A DNA stretch of 64,000 bases, from assembly GCF_031769215.1 (NCBI RefSeq), contig NW_026782303.1:620001-684000 (forward strand), written 5' to 3'. Under the pieces are notes generated by a model, which did no database searches, was not told the DNA's origin, and was given only the letters and a program-made list of their open reading frames with translations. This document shows, one piece after another, positions 1 through 12,447 of the stretch (position 1 is its first letter; each line of letters begins with the position of its first letter). The stretch is from Ylistrum balloti. Lineage: Eukaryota. Made by a program: the position numbers and the translations under genes.

Positions 1-3000
1 TTCTGGAACAAAAGCTAGGTGTATTTCAACTATTTTGATGATAAAGAAGTTACCAATTTTAATATAAAGTTTATGTATTTATCAATATCTTAGGCACCAC
101 GCCATTAAGCGTTTACAAGTTCACTGAGGTTTCTCTAGATACTTCATTAAATGTTACTTTTCATAAAAGACTTAAAAGTGATGAAATACTACGGCGGAAA
201 TATTCTTCACGAAATGAAGTGCACCAAAGGTGTCAGAAGTGTGCTTAGAAGAATGCTGTTCATTTGAATAGATGAATTTTTATCCACAGAAGGAAAATGA
301 AACATGAAGGAATAAAGGTTAAAATATTAAATATGAGAATTCTTATAGTTTAAACGGTCCATCAACAAAGAAAAGTTCATCAGGGCCAGCTAATGGCAGG
401 TTAAATGTTCTTAAATGATACGACATAAGGAGACTCACATATATAAACATGTAGTTTAAAAATATCACAGTATTAAATCATATCTTCTGGTATAGATTGA
501 TACCTCTCAGATCTGAGAACTGATTGAAATATTCCGTGTACTGATTTTAAATAAGACTTCTATCATTGTTCTGCCAATTGCCTTACTTCTCACGTATAAA
601 ATATTCAAACGCACTGTTATGCAATGTGGACAAAAATAAAGGACGAATGAATTAGTTATAAAAAATAACGAAATACATGTGCTAACTGTTGGAATGAATA
701 ATGACGATAACGATATTATATCCATATTTATAATTGCAGCACTAGTAAATCTTTATTGTCTTAAAAACACAAATCAATTTATAATAGATATTATGATATT
801 TTGAAATTTCATATGGAAGAAAAAATATTATATTAGAACGAAAAGATTTACACGCAGAAATCTTCAAAAGTAAATAGATGATAGGACCAGGTGTTTTGTA
901 AAAGTAGTCGTCTTCAACTTAGTTAACGACACAGGAATTTTGGTGTATCTGAATTAGTCGTGTTTCCAAATGACAACAGGTCTAACAACGACCAGACATA
1001 TCTCCCAACAAGATCATGACATCATAATGGTATCCCAAAAATCACATGTTGCAAATAAATTATTGTCCCCTTACTAATACACAGCGGAGAACAATGGAAA
1101 TACTTTGAGATGAAGCAGGAAACAATTATCAAGAAGTGTACAAATTTTATATAAAAACTGATTCCTGAACAAGGAACGATACAACGATATATAATAAAAT
1201 AACAAAACGTGAAAGACTAATAGCACGTCACTATAGCTTCTTGTTTTTTTTTCTGATCTGCCTGTTAATGCCCTTCACTTTTATTTGTAAAACGGTTGCT
1301 ATGTATGACCTTCAGCTCTATATGGGAAAAAAGCTTGTAATCTATTTCAATTCCCGTCACTGCATACAATGATTGCCTCCTGTTTCATCACATAATAAGG
1401 TTAACACAAATATCCCAATATCAAAAATACCTAACTGACGGTAATAAAGTAAAAGTAATCATAATGAATGCTTTAATATTCAAATTTCATAGGGATTGAA
1501 GATTTCAGATATGTTTGTATCGTTAGCATTGGCCTAGCTTTGTTTAGAAAAACGAAGACGTAGGAGAGATAGTATTTGATTTATTCGTTTGAAATATCTA
1601 CATATCATTTTTATCGATACTCTGCTTTTCTTATCTTAATTTCTTATCGCAATGATGCTTCATATATCATAGCAAACGTTCGTTTTATTCTTTCAGCAAG
1701 CAAAGAGTTATTCCATCAGTAAATTATCTAATGCATAAAAGGAATATCAATTTTAACATTAAACCACATGAAAGGAAGAACAAGCATCATATTTACAGAT
1801 TTTATGTGCATTGAATGAAAATTCAAGGACATACTTCCGATTGTACGTTAGTTCCAATACTTTTATATCAGTAGTCTTTTAAATTCCTTACTCTCAGTCG
1901 TAAAGACGAATCTTCATATTAATGGCAATAATAATTTTCTCATTTCCCGTTTATCTTTTACTTGGTAGCAAAAAGCTACTTTGAATGAATGTAGATAAAG
2001 TTTTGATTTTGATTCTTCTGTTAAATTTCAACACATTCTATTGTAACTTAAACGTTTTATCTAAACCATAAACCAAGCAAAAAATCTATGTAACGAGGGA
2101 AAAGTTTTAAAAGATTCAAGGCTTATATGTTAATTTATTTCGCGTGCCTTTTAAATTCAAAGTTGTCCCCATTTTTGCTACGTTGAAATTTTCGCATACA
2201 TAAGTTTATGCATAATGCGAATTGTTGTGAGATTTTCATTCAATGTAGAAATGTTCACCAAGTACTGATTTATCCGCATTCATTATTGACCGCTCATAAA
2301 ATGAAATTCCCGCAAATATTACCAAATACACAGTACATAGTTCCCTAAAAGCATTACATAAATGTTTCCTTCTGGACTACCTTCTAGTAGAATCCATCAT
2401 TCTGTACCAGCTGCAATGATATACAGAGGAGAGGCGATTTCTAAAGTCAGCTAGAAAAGTACAAGGTGAAGAAAGGGATTTTGACGTCCATTTATTAATT
2501 CCACCCGACATGCCCATCACATGATAGGTAATTATCGTAATTCTATATTGGGTTCATATGGTAACAACACTTAAAAACTTGCAATCATTTGTAGCATTGA
2601 ACATTTATATCATCAACAAAAATTGAAGTGATAAACATCCAATAACCGAATTCCCCTTGAAAGTTTCATAATACGACCAAATCGAAATATGTGCTGTTTC
2701 ATGTCGATTTTATTTCTATTAACTCCTACCACTTGTTTGTCTTTTGAAAACCTATATTGAAAATAGAATAAGCGCACGTAAGCAATGTAGTTTCATTTTA
2801 CACAAATATGTATCATCTCGAATAAATACCCGTGCCTATAACATATGTTATTTTGGCAATTGTTTTGTATCTTTTTTGAAATACAAATGAGCGTTTACCT
2901 GTTTTGACAAGTCATTTTGAAGGTTATAGTAGTAATTTTGCGCAGCAAAACGAGAACCAGACAGGGTTCGTAACATTCAAAATTAATGATAAACAATCCT

Positions 3001-4279
3001 CTGTCAGATAAATGTGCATTATCTTCTTTTTTGTAATCATAATTGTAGTGTTCCTTTCAAGGTCGTTATTATTGAGCAGATTCATCACATTGTCTGTGTT
3101 AATTTGGCATTGTATTACGTATTAAGAAAACAATACACCATTGTTTTTACAACATTGCCTTAGTTTCTATAGAATATCTTTGGCGTAATGAATTTGCTTT
3201 ATTACCCATTTTCAACGCTATTTCACCGATTATTTCGTGGTAATGTATTTCAAGCATAACGCAGCGAATGTTTTTGCTTGTTTAATAATAATTTTTGCAC
3301 TTCATTTTATTAATAATAGCGTAACGGTTACCAATGTCATTACACATGAGGGAAATCACTGAAAAGCAATCAGCAGAAAATCACAATTTCTTTCAACACT
3401 GTCAACAATTTAGTTTAACAAGGTGCAAAGATTAAACATTGATACTATTCGGTAGTTATACAAATAATATTTAATTTTTTTCTTGGTGTCCTTATTTTCA
3501 CGAGTATCACTTCATTACGCGATATCTGTCTTTAATTAACCATCTTGTGTTGTCCGTCGTGCATAGAATTCTCATATATCACAACTAGCATCGACTTCAA
3601 ACATCCCTGAAATGATCTTTAGATGGTCTTTACCAGCATCTGCATGGCATCGATATCGACTATTTCGTAACAGAATCGCAAAATCATGTTTTTTATGAAC
3701 AACACTTATTCTGAGTTTTCAACGTCGTAAAAGACAACGGTGGTATTCCGCTTTAACTGGTGTTTCTACAACCACTCCTGCCATTTCATCATTCAAAGAA
3801 CTTGATAGACGGGCACCAATGACCTCTTGTGTTTCTGGGTTAAACGTCCTGAAGACAACCAGAGTCATAAGAGGAAGGGCGTCAAAAGTCACATCAAGAA
3901 TGAAAAACAAAGCAAGACAGAGCCAGATAGGAAGGAATGGAAAATATTCAGATATTCAGTTTTACAATAGGGACAGCAGATATATTCTGGTTGCTTTAGT
4001 GCTTCCATATTAAATGAATCAAAACAAGATATTGTAGAGAAATAGAGCCAAATATCATCTCTGATCTCATCCAGCCGCGAAAGAAATTGTCGTCATGCAT
4101 TTGTTCTATTTTGTACTTGTTGCTGCAGAAAAGAAAACATGCATGTGCACAACCTATTTAAAAGTATAGTACAGAAAGGTCTGCAATTATCATCCAGTTT
4201 TACATCAGGGAAATCATTAAAAATCTAATAACGATAAATGCTCCTAAGATGCGACGAAAGTTTGGCCCCTGCAGAATCA

Positions 4280-4920
4280 GGAATTAAAATTTGTTTCCCA
4301 TATGATGACATGAAAAAACAATTATAACAGAAGAGCACATTTGGGATTATTAAAATATTTTTTTCTCTCTGTATTTGTTTTACTCCGTGACCTCTAAAAC
4401 GCCCGTCCTTATATTCAATGGCGATGGCGTTAACAAAAATAACAACGTTAATGACATTTTCCGATCGGATATTACCTTCAATTAATGCTGTTAACATGCT
4501 GCGGATTTATACGATATTTGAGGGTCTGTTCTCATTATCACGATTTTCGTGCAAGAAGGCGTCAACTGTCGGACACGTAACGCCGGGTCACAAAGATGCA
4601 GGTTGATGAAAATTGATGAAATGTTTTATGGTCGTCATAGTGACCTCATTAAAATATATTCTATTTCTTTGTCAGATATAAAGCTTCTTTTTCTCTTTTT
4701 CTCGTCACTTATTTTGATTGACCAATATTTATATGGTGGGTATCGCCGATGATGAGGACGCCTCCGGAACTCATGGTCTTATTCTTCTTGTACATTATCA
4801 TGAGTCTCCATGAAAACCTTTCTTTTGTTCATATTTTGCCCTGTTGATCTTTATTGATCTGGAGTTTGGATTATGATTATGTTGATATGTTCGTATTTTC
4901 GTGTTTTTTCTAACGACATA
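4280..4920 (+). mobile_element. Penelope-like RT 3' relic
   Basis: IRYLRVCSHYHDF (about 4510-4550) and FYGRHSDLIKIYSISLSDI (about 4625-4680), then the shared 3' module (GATGAGGACGCCTCCGGAAC..GGTCTTATTC). Confidence 0.7.
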
Positions 4921-5492
4921 CTATATAACATTGATGCTTTCCCTTATGTCTATATTACAACAATAGTCGAATTTGTTATGCAAGTATCACATTTATAAGT
5001 ATGATATTGAAGGCATAATTCTTCAGAACTAGGTTTGAATCAGCATCATCATCATTGCATTCTTAAACAATGATTGCCACGCAAAGTTATAGTAATGCTT
5101 GATCTCTTACAAGAACTAAGGTATCAACTGAGGTATTATTCTCTGCAAGACTTTGATTTAATGAAAGATGAAATCTACAATGTCCATTTTATGCATTGCT
5201 AAAGCAACCACTCTATACAAAGAACTCACCATTGCACCTGCAAATGACGTTCACTTCATCGCATTAATTTTTTAGTTGTTTTTTTATATATCCCTTTCTG
5301 TGAACGCCTTTTCCAGGTTTTGTTTGGACTTAATCTTGATCTTTATTTATTTTTAAATTTTTTTTTTCTTTCTGCTTTTGTATGACATTTCAAACTAAGA
5401 GTCAATGTCTGTATTCAGATAAAATTAGGGTTAAATCCATCCAGTGGTTACAAATATTAATTTTCTAAATATATTTTGACTTCCTAGTACCC

Positions 5493-5713
5493 ATTTTGTT
5501 TTTGTCCAAAAATAAGTGTTCTTTTGAAATTTACGAAAACTAATCAAACAACGAAATGACGCACATTTTCATCGCGACCACATCAAGGAGATGTAATGGA
5601 AAAAACAATCTCACATCTCCTTGATGTGTTCGCGATGAAAATGTGCGTCATTTCGTTGTTTGATTAGTTTTCGTAAATTTCAAAAGAACACTTATTTTTG
5701 ACAAAAACAAAAT
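5493..5713. repeat. Near-perfect long inverted repeat (arms 102/101 bp, 18-nt loop)
   Basis: 5493-5594 is the reverse complement of 5613-5713 apart from one mismatch and one 1-nt indel. Confidence 0.95.
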
Positions 5714-5882
5714 AGGTTCGAACTGGACGGAGAATAACACAATTATCATAATTGGTTAACAATCTTATTTGTCATTTGTAATGAAGATTTTATTAATTAT
5801 ACCATAACACATTGAAACAATTACTATGCCCTTACAGCACATCTTTCCTTTATGAATGCAACGCACACAACCCCATGCACTA

Positions 5883-6130
5883 TTTAGCTCACCTGGATCA
5901 AAGGAATACCAAAATTCTGTACAAGTTTGGTATGAGGCATCTTTGATTGATTTCATCTGGGGCGGAAGGGGTGGGGCTCAATTCAATAGGATCCCTAGAT
6001 TGGACATAAGGTACTTTTTAAAAATTGTTCGTCTGTGGAAATGACAGAATTATGCCCTAATTTGATCTGAAACATTCCTTGAAGATAGGAACCCGATTTA
6101 ACTGATATCTCTTTGACCATAAGACCATAT
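5883..6130 (-). mobile_element. HINE-like relic
   Basis: TTTAGCTCACCTGG terminus followed by degenerate satellite-like core sequence (AAGTTTGGTATGAGGCATC, GGGGTGGGGC). Confidence 0.4.
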
Positions 6131-9100
6131 ACTAGATGGATAATATTACGCAAGGTATTTTTTTCATTTTTCTTTGTTCAATGACTTAATAGCCAAATTA
6201 GCCAGGGAAACGATACAGGTCCCATGGGTCTCTTGGTTCTTCTGTTATTCCTCTACTTTTTATGGTGGAATTAACAACGTATCTATGATTCAAAGATTCA
6301 ACGATGCATTAGAGTATATTTTAAGATTACATGTTTTTATCGCAACAGATGGTGTAATGAAAAGGTCGAGCATCTTATCTTGTTACGCTTGCCTATATGA
6401 ATGATGTAACAGTTGCACAGAGAATAACTTTATCTTAAAACTAGTAGGCATTCTGGACATGCAAGCGTAAGAAATTCGTATTGGTATAGCTGCAAATGTT
6501 TTGAAACCTGCAATCCGATCCGTATATTAGTTTGAGATGCATCAAAGGAAATACTGATAAGGTATTTCAAAGCATGTCGCGGACAACGGACATCGTATTT
6601 ATTATACTTTGACCAGTGTACTTGTAATTGCGTATCACTGTAGTGACCATGTCTTCAATGACCGCCATCATCACGCAACATGTTCCTCAGCTAGAACATA
6701 CATCACAAGTACACAACAGCAAAATTAGAGATGTTCATTAGCTTCGCAACAATCTCAAGGAAAGCATAATGATACTTGCTTAAATTGAACAAACTTATTA
6801 CTAGACGTACATATAAATGGGTCACTTAACGAAACATAAGCAAAACTTTAAGACTATACAAATGTTCTTAAGACATAATTTACCAAATGTATTAAGGTAT
6901 GGAGTTCGTGCACACTGTCTTTATTAAGACATTTGTTTCAACAGATTTTAATTGTCCTGATTATAACACATATTAAATACATTGAGATGCATTATTAATT
7001 TTAAAAAAAGTATTTAACTTCTTTCGAAAATAAACTCCAATTCATTAACACGTTTAGAAGACTTAAACCGGTCGGCCTATACACGACAAGATAATACTTA
7101 CCATGACAACCTTTTCCAGTTTTAATTGAATATCCGAGACATTTACATTTTTTGTTTGTTAGATCTTAAATTTTGACAATTTTATGATAAGCATTTCTTT
7201 GCCCTGATCACCTCTGTTTTGATTGGCTGTTCTGAATATGATAATTCAGAATCATGTTCTTACCATTACTAGTCGGTCATAAATGGACAAAACCTCGGAG
7301 TGAAACTCTTTTGGCATACATGTAGACTCTCTTAATTAAAATTGGCTTCAGTTCCACACTTTTTAAAAAGGCTTATATATATCGCAGTCTCACAAAGAAC
7401 AAACACCACGTACATCGGAGGACTGTCTTTAAACGACCAAACCTGGTTATAGGACATTGAAATATATAACCTTAACCAAACCATTCAATCTGTTAATTGG
7501 TATTAAAGGGAAAAAGGACATAGGTATGAAAGTAATAATTACACTTACTCAGGGGGTAGGTATAATGTGTAAACTGATAACAAATTCTACAATTACAGTA
7601 TGATTTGTTCGGAACAGTTCAAGAAGTCAGATGGATATGCTGATTCTAGTATATATCCGGAGTAGAGGATTTGGACATATTTTATCAACTGAACCTTAAA
7701 AAGTCATCTAACTTCACAAGTATACTCAAACCGAAAAGGCTGCATTACCTCAATACCTTCCGTCAACAGACGTAACATTAACCAAATATTCGTGTGATCT
7801 AGAAAATAAGATAAGTAAATAAACAGTTGAATGTTTTTTCCAACCGCAGACAACATCCATCACAAAACTACATTTCATAGTACCTTAATAAACTCTGATA
7901 AATGAAGTTTTGCTAAGGAGGATTATGTTATGTTAAATGTTTATTATACTGACACCTGTTTGTGATGCTATCGTTGAAAATCTCCGTTAAAGTATTATTT
8001 TAATGTATATTCCAACACAACTAGATACCATTTAATGTCTCCTTTCCTGCTTTTATAATGTACTATAGCAGAAATAATTATCAAGGAAGGTCATAAACTT
8101 CCTATCAAGCAATAATGTACTCTTAATTAAATGGAAGAATGCTGCTTTGTTGAAATGGATTACATGATCACAGATTTCTCTGACAGACACCTGTTACTGA
8201 TGTTATCGAGCATGTCAGATATTTCACTTTAATGTACGCATGAATTTACCAGCATGGTTGTTTATAACGGTATTCCATTATATTTTGAATAAGGAATTCA
8301 ATCATTTAATATCTTGGGTCGGTTCATCCTTTCGTCCTGAGACACTTCACTGGATAAAAAAAACATGAGGAGGCAGCACAAAACAGTTTTTTATGCCGTT
8401 ATCACATGCCACGATAATGGCGTCTACATCTTACATGAGGACGGTTGCCAGTTTCAATACAAAGAGATAGGGGAGGTCAGATGTATCAGACTTAAACGCT
8501 AAAACAAGTAAATTGAGATAAACCAAATACTTAAGTACAAATACACGTCACTTTTTTGCGGATGAAATATGCTAGCAAAGGCTATCAATTTTAGATTTAA
8601 GAAAAGCAAAGGTTTGATTTAAGTTTACTCTTTCGATCAAGGCTATGGGAAATGTCTATTTCAAAATTTCGAGCCAGCAGTTAGCAAACAATAAGAATAA
8701 CACATTGTTAATCATTGCCGCGTAATCTATCAAAATCCAAACAAGCTTACGGACGATAAACCAGCTTCATTGTAGCGTTAAACGCGATAGTGGCATTATA
8801 ATCTTTTGGTTATGGCTATGATCTGCGGCGATTATGTATTACGTTATATTTAAGTTGATATGGATATTTTTGACAAGTTACATTTCTGGACGTTCTGTAC
8901 ATTTCAAGAATCCCTTTTTTACATACCTTTTGAAGTATTGGAAGCATAAAAATTCTGAAACAATGATCACATGATTTTAATATTGAAACTAAAATGTTTT
9001 ATCCAATTATCAGCAAAGCGGTACAGTAATTAAAAGAACAATTTCTATCGTATGATTTGTCTAGAACGCGTGCATTACATACACAAATACATACAAAACA

Positions 9101-10240
9101 AATAAATACTGACATGCTTGTTTCTTATGTGACATTCTTCTTAAATCATCTGATATAGGCAAATCACAAAACATTTTAATTATGGGGCTAATGCACGTTC
9201 CCATTAAGAATTTTGCATATCTTTTATTTACAAATCAATTTTTAAGCCGCCTTCCAGATTTTAAAATATATATCTATATCACAACTGTTGAGTTCAAGAA
9301 GAAGGAAAACGCTGTATAATTCAGTTTAGTTGAAAGATTAGCTCTACTGAATATTTGTATTGAAACATGTCATTCACATGTATCGTTAGTACAATCTACA
9401 TAAGGAACATACCATTTAACCCGCCATATTTGTTTTCAGTCACACTGCGTATGCGTTAATGTTCTGTGATATATATATATTTATAATTTCTACTAAATTG
9501 AAGTTCTAAAGTTGGATTTTGTTTCGTAAAGAAGTGTGGGGTTTTCATACTACCACATGTTCAAATTATCCTTTTGATACTCCACTACCTCGATATCGCC
9601 TACACATAATCCATTTATTCATATGGCAAACAGTGCCTACAACAATATCAAATTTGTACCTGAAAGAGAAACCCCTGAAAATCAATTAGTCGCTAGCATC
9701 AGTTTTAGCCAACATAGGTGTTCGAACATCGCGATGTATCAGCTTCTGTTTAGTTGAAAGCGAAGCAGGTCAAATCATCGGTGACTCGGTGCATCGCAGC
9801 TACCCAAATCACACATACTGGTCATAAGCTTAATACATTTTAGAGATATTGAATTAACAAAATAAAACCAGTGATACATAATCTAAAAAGGGGGCTAAAC
9901 AGAACTGGATATTGTGAATAATACATTGTATATAAAAGAATGTGGGATACAAGACAAATGATCAGACCTTAACATGCAGACGTGATAGGAGAGAAAGTAT
10001 ATTGAGATTGCACTAGTCTCAACTAAAACTGAATACTTACATACATTCGGAAGAACATAGCATCACTGAAAAAATCACCCAAATATACATCTCGATTACG
10101 TTTTTGCCAGTGAAATATGGAGAAATATTGCATTAAGAAACGAGTAACACTTTTGCAGATTTAGACTAAGGAAAAAAAGAAATACAGATACCGGTACAAA
10201 AAACACAAAATAAGAAACCTGAGAGGTATTTACATGTAAC

Positions 10241-11690
10241 ATGACATTCAGTTCTGTGGTAAAACTTCATTTCCATAGAAGTCAGCAAACAACACAAGCC
10301 AGTAACTCAAGTTACCTTACCTTATCACCAACCGACCGTCTTGGAAGTGGAGCTAGGCATTTCAGGAGGAATCGTGTCATCGACAACGTTGTCTAGGTTG
10401 CCGCCATGTGAATATAAAAAATGAATATAAAATTAGTTTTTATGTTCATGTATTTTAAATGATTTAAAAATGAGACTATATTTTGTTGCATACCATTGAG
10501 TTATAATGAGTGAGAAGTGACCGCATAGTCAGCTTTAATATTGGTCCTAGATATGCGAGTAATTTGGCTATATTGTTTCTGAAAAAGTAATAAATAGTAT
10601 ATTAAATAGTGTCTGCCGTAATAACACACAGATTTCACTCATGTGTCCATATCTTTTCGTATCTTTCACGAGCGAAAAATACTAAAATAATAGACCAAAT
10701 TGGGAAATATACTTGTTATTACTGAAGACAAAATTAAATATCCTCTGTGTCTCCATAATGTTTTGTGCTATTGGTTTTGAACTATTGGCGATCATCTTAA
10801 TTATAATTCAAAGGTCTCTGGAGGATGAAGAGGCTATCTTACACTGTACTAAACTTTTGAACATAAATCCTGTTTTTATATAAATCTTCATTGGTGCAAA
10901 AATATACTAGCTCTGGATAACTCTTTAAACCTTGCTGTGATAAAATCATCATTATAATCATATTTCATTTTGATTCTGCTATTTCCCGTTCGGTCAATCA
11001 TTCTTAAAAGAATTTGCATCTATGTTAGGTATGATATTGTGCCCGTAGATAAGGCATCAAATAGTTCGATCCTTGTCTACAGTTGTAGACCAGGCTTACT
11101 TGAAGAAAATCCCATCTATACGTTATGTTTATTTTTCAAAAACGAAATACTCACCAATCACGTTTCAGTTTTAAAATCATAAATTGGCTATTGACAATAA
11201 GGATATGGACCTGCCTCATTTATCTTGGATTCGTAAACTTCCCCATATTCCATGTATACACCGTTTTATTGCTGTCTCGTCTAGCTGTTCAATCAGACCT
11301 TCTCCAATTTTTATGCACCATTCTTTGTACTCTCTAGATATGGTTAAAATGGTATTGTGATACTTTTAAGTTTCAGTAGTTGAATGACTGGTATGTTGAT
11401 TAAAAAGAAATCACAGGAGCATTTGACCACTTATTGAAACCATCGCCTAGAATACATTTCTTCTATAAGAAGATTCGATTGTACACCACCATGTCCCATA
11501 TTTAATTGAAATAACTTCGCTTCGTTCTGTTTTTTTTCAAAGAGAGGCTTTATTGAAGTGTATTTTGTAACAAACATGTCATGTCTTTAAATAACAATAT
11601 ATTTTAATTACCACATTGTACCTCATCTTATATACAGTGTCTCCCGCACAAATGGAAATCAAAGACACGATAGACTATTCTATCCCTTTC
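10241..11690 (+). repeat. Left copy (D1) of a ~1.45-kb segment duplicated on both sides of the LTR element
   Basis: ATGACATTCAG...TATCCCTTTC matches 15189-16636; 6 substitutions and 2 small indels counted by eye. Confidence 0.95.
10970..11690 (+). mobile_element. Degenerate Penelope-like (probably Naiad-type) RT relic, interrupted by the LTR element
   Basis: Frame-broken motifs RYDIVPVDKASNS, NPIYTL..KNEILTNH, DLPHLSWIRKLPHIPCIHRFIA, YCDT and PAQMEIKDTID, matching PLE RT patterns I recall (KYVxVPADKASNN, DLPxLYWIPKLHKxPYKxRFIA, YPxELEIKDT). Confidence 0.75.
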
Positions 11691-11693
11691 AGT

Positions 11694-12364
11694 TGTGGAC
11701 ACGGACATGTGTTTTAAGGTTTTGTGATGTTTATACCTTAAGAACAAACAGTGACAGTCTTACAGAAGTACCTTATCCAAGGAAGTTAACAGTATATTGT
11801 AGAATTTAGAATTAACTGTTGTTCAAGTAAACTTACCAGTGTTTGTGTACATACTAAATATTATCTCAGCCTGAGTATCATGAGCAGTTTGCTATCTCTG
11901 AACTTTTAGACCGTAAAAGTTTTCTTAGGCAGGGGGATGTTAATAGTGAAATTTGTCACTCAAGTGTAGAACATAATTTGTGTTAAATCTTAATGTGACT
12001 GGCTGGCTTATCAGACAGATAGTTTAATTGCGGTCACCTTAGTGTCAGAATCATGCCGTGAAACATTGGCTGGACATGCTCTCCACCATGGAGACATTAA
12101 CTGGTCACGGTTTAATTGTAGATCAGTAGAAGGCACTTTCCCTATCAGAATTAGATTATAATTGCTTTAGGATAAACTGTAAGATCACAGCAAATAGAGT
12201 CAGTCCTGGTGTGGCCGTGGAAGGAGTAACTTGTTAAGCTCGATACTCAGGCCATACATGTTATCATTGTTGTAACTTGTGTTAATACTCAACATTTGCA
12301 CTTGAGAACGGTTGTTGCTGGTCTTTTGTATAACATAAGGATAGTACAACATAGAGGGGTAATA
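11694..12364 (+). repeat. 5' LTR (671 bp)
   Basis: Begins TGTGGACACGGAC and ends GGGGTAATA. By eye it is identical to 14523-15188 over 666 bp except the penultimate base (T vs C). Confidence 0.9.
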
Positions 12365-12369
12365 TATTC

Positions 12370-12382
12370 TGGTGGCAGCGGT
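12370..12382 (+). promoter_or_regulatory. Primer-binding site, complementary to a tRNA-Leu-type 3' end
   Basis: TGGTGGCAGCGGT lies 5 nt after the 5' LTR. It is the reverse complement of ACCGCTGCCA+CCA, the 3' end I recall for metazoan tRNA-Leu(AAG); host tRNA not checked. Confidence 0.75.
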
Positions 12383-12447
12383 AAAGGATCATTCTAAGGA
12401 GAAGGACTCCGTTATCAAAGATATAACGCTCATTAGAACTGTTCAAT

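Noticed and set aside
2125-2335. Possible MITE ending ...CCAAATACACAGTA; also a GCACGAGAA-repeat MITE end near 23670-23750
   Set aside because: Only one convincing terminus in each case; the partner TIR could not be established.
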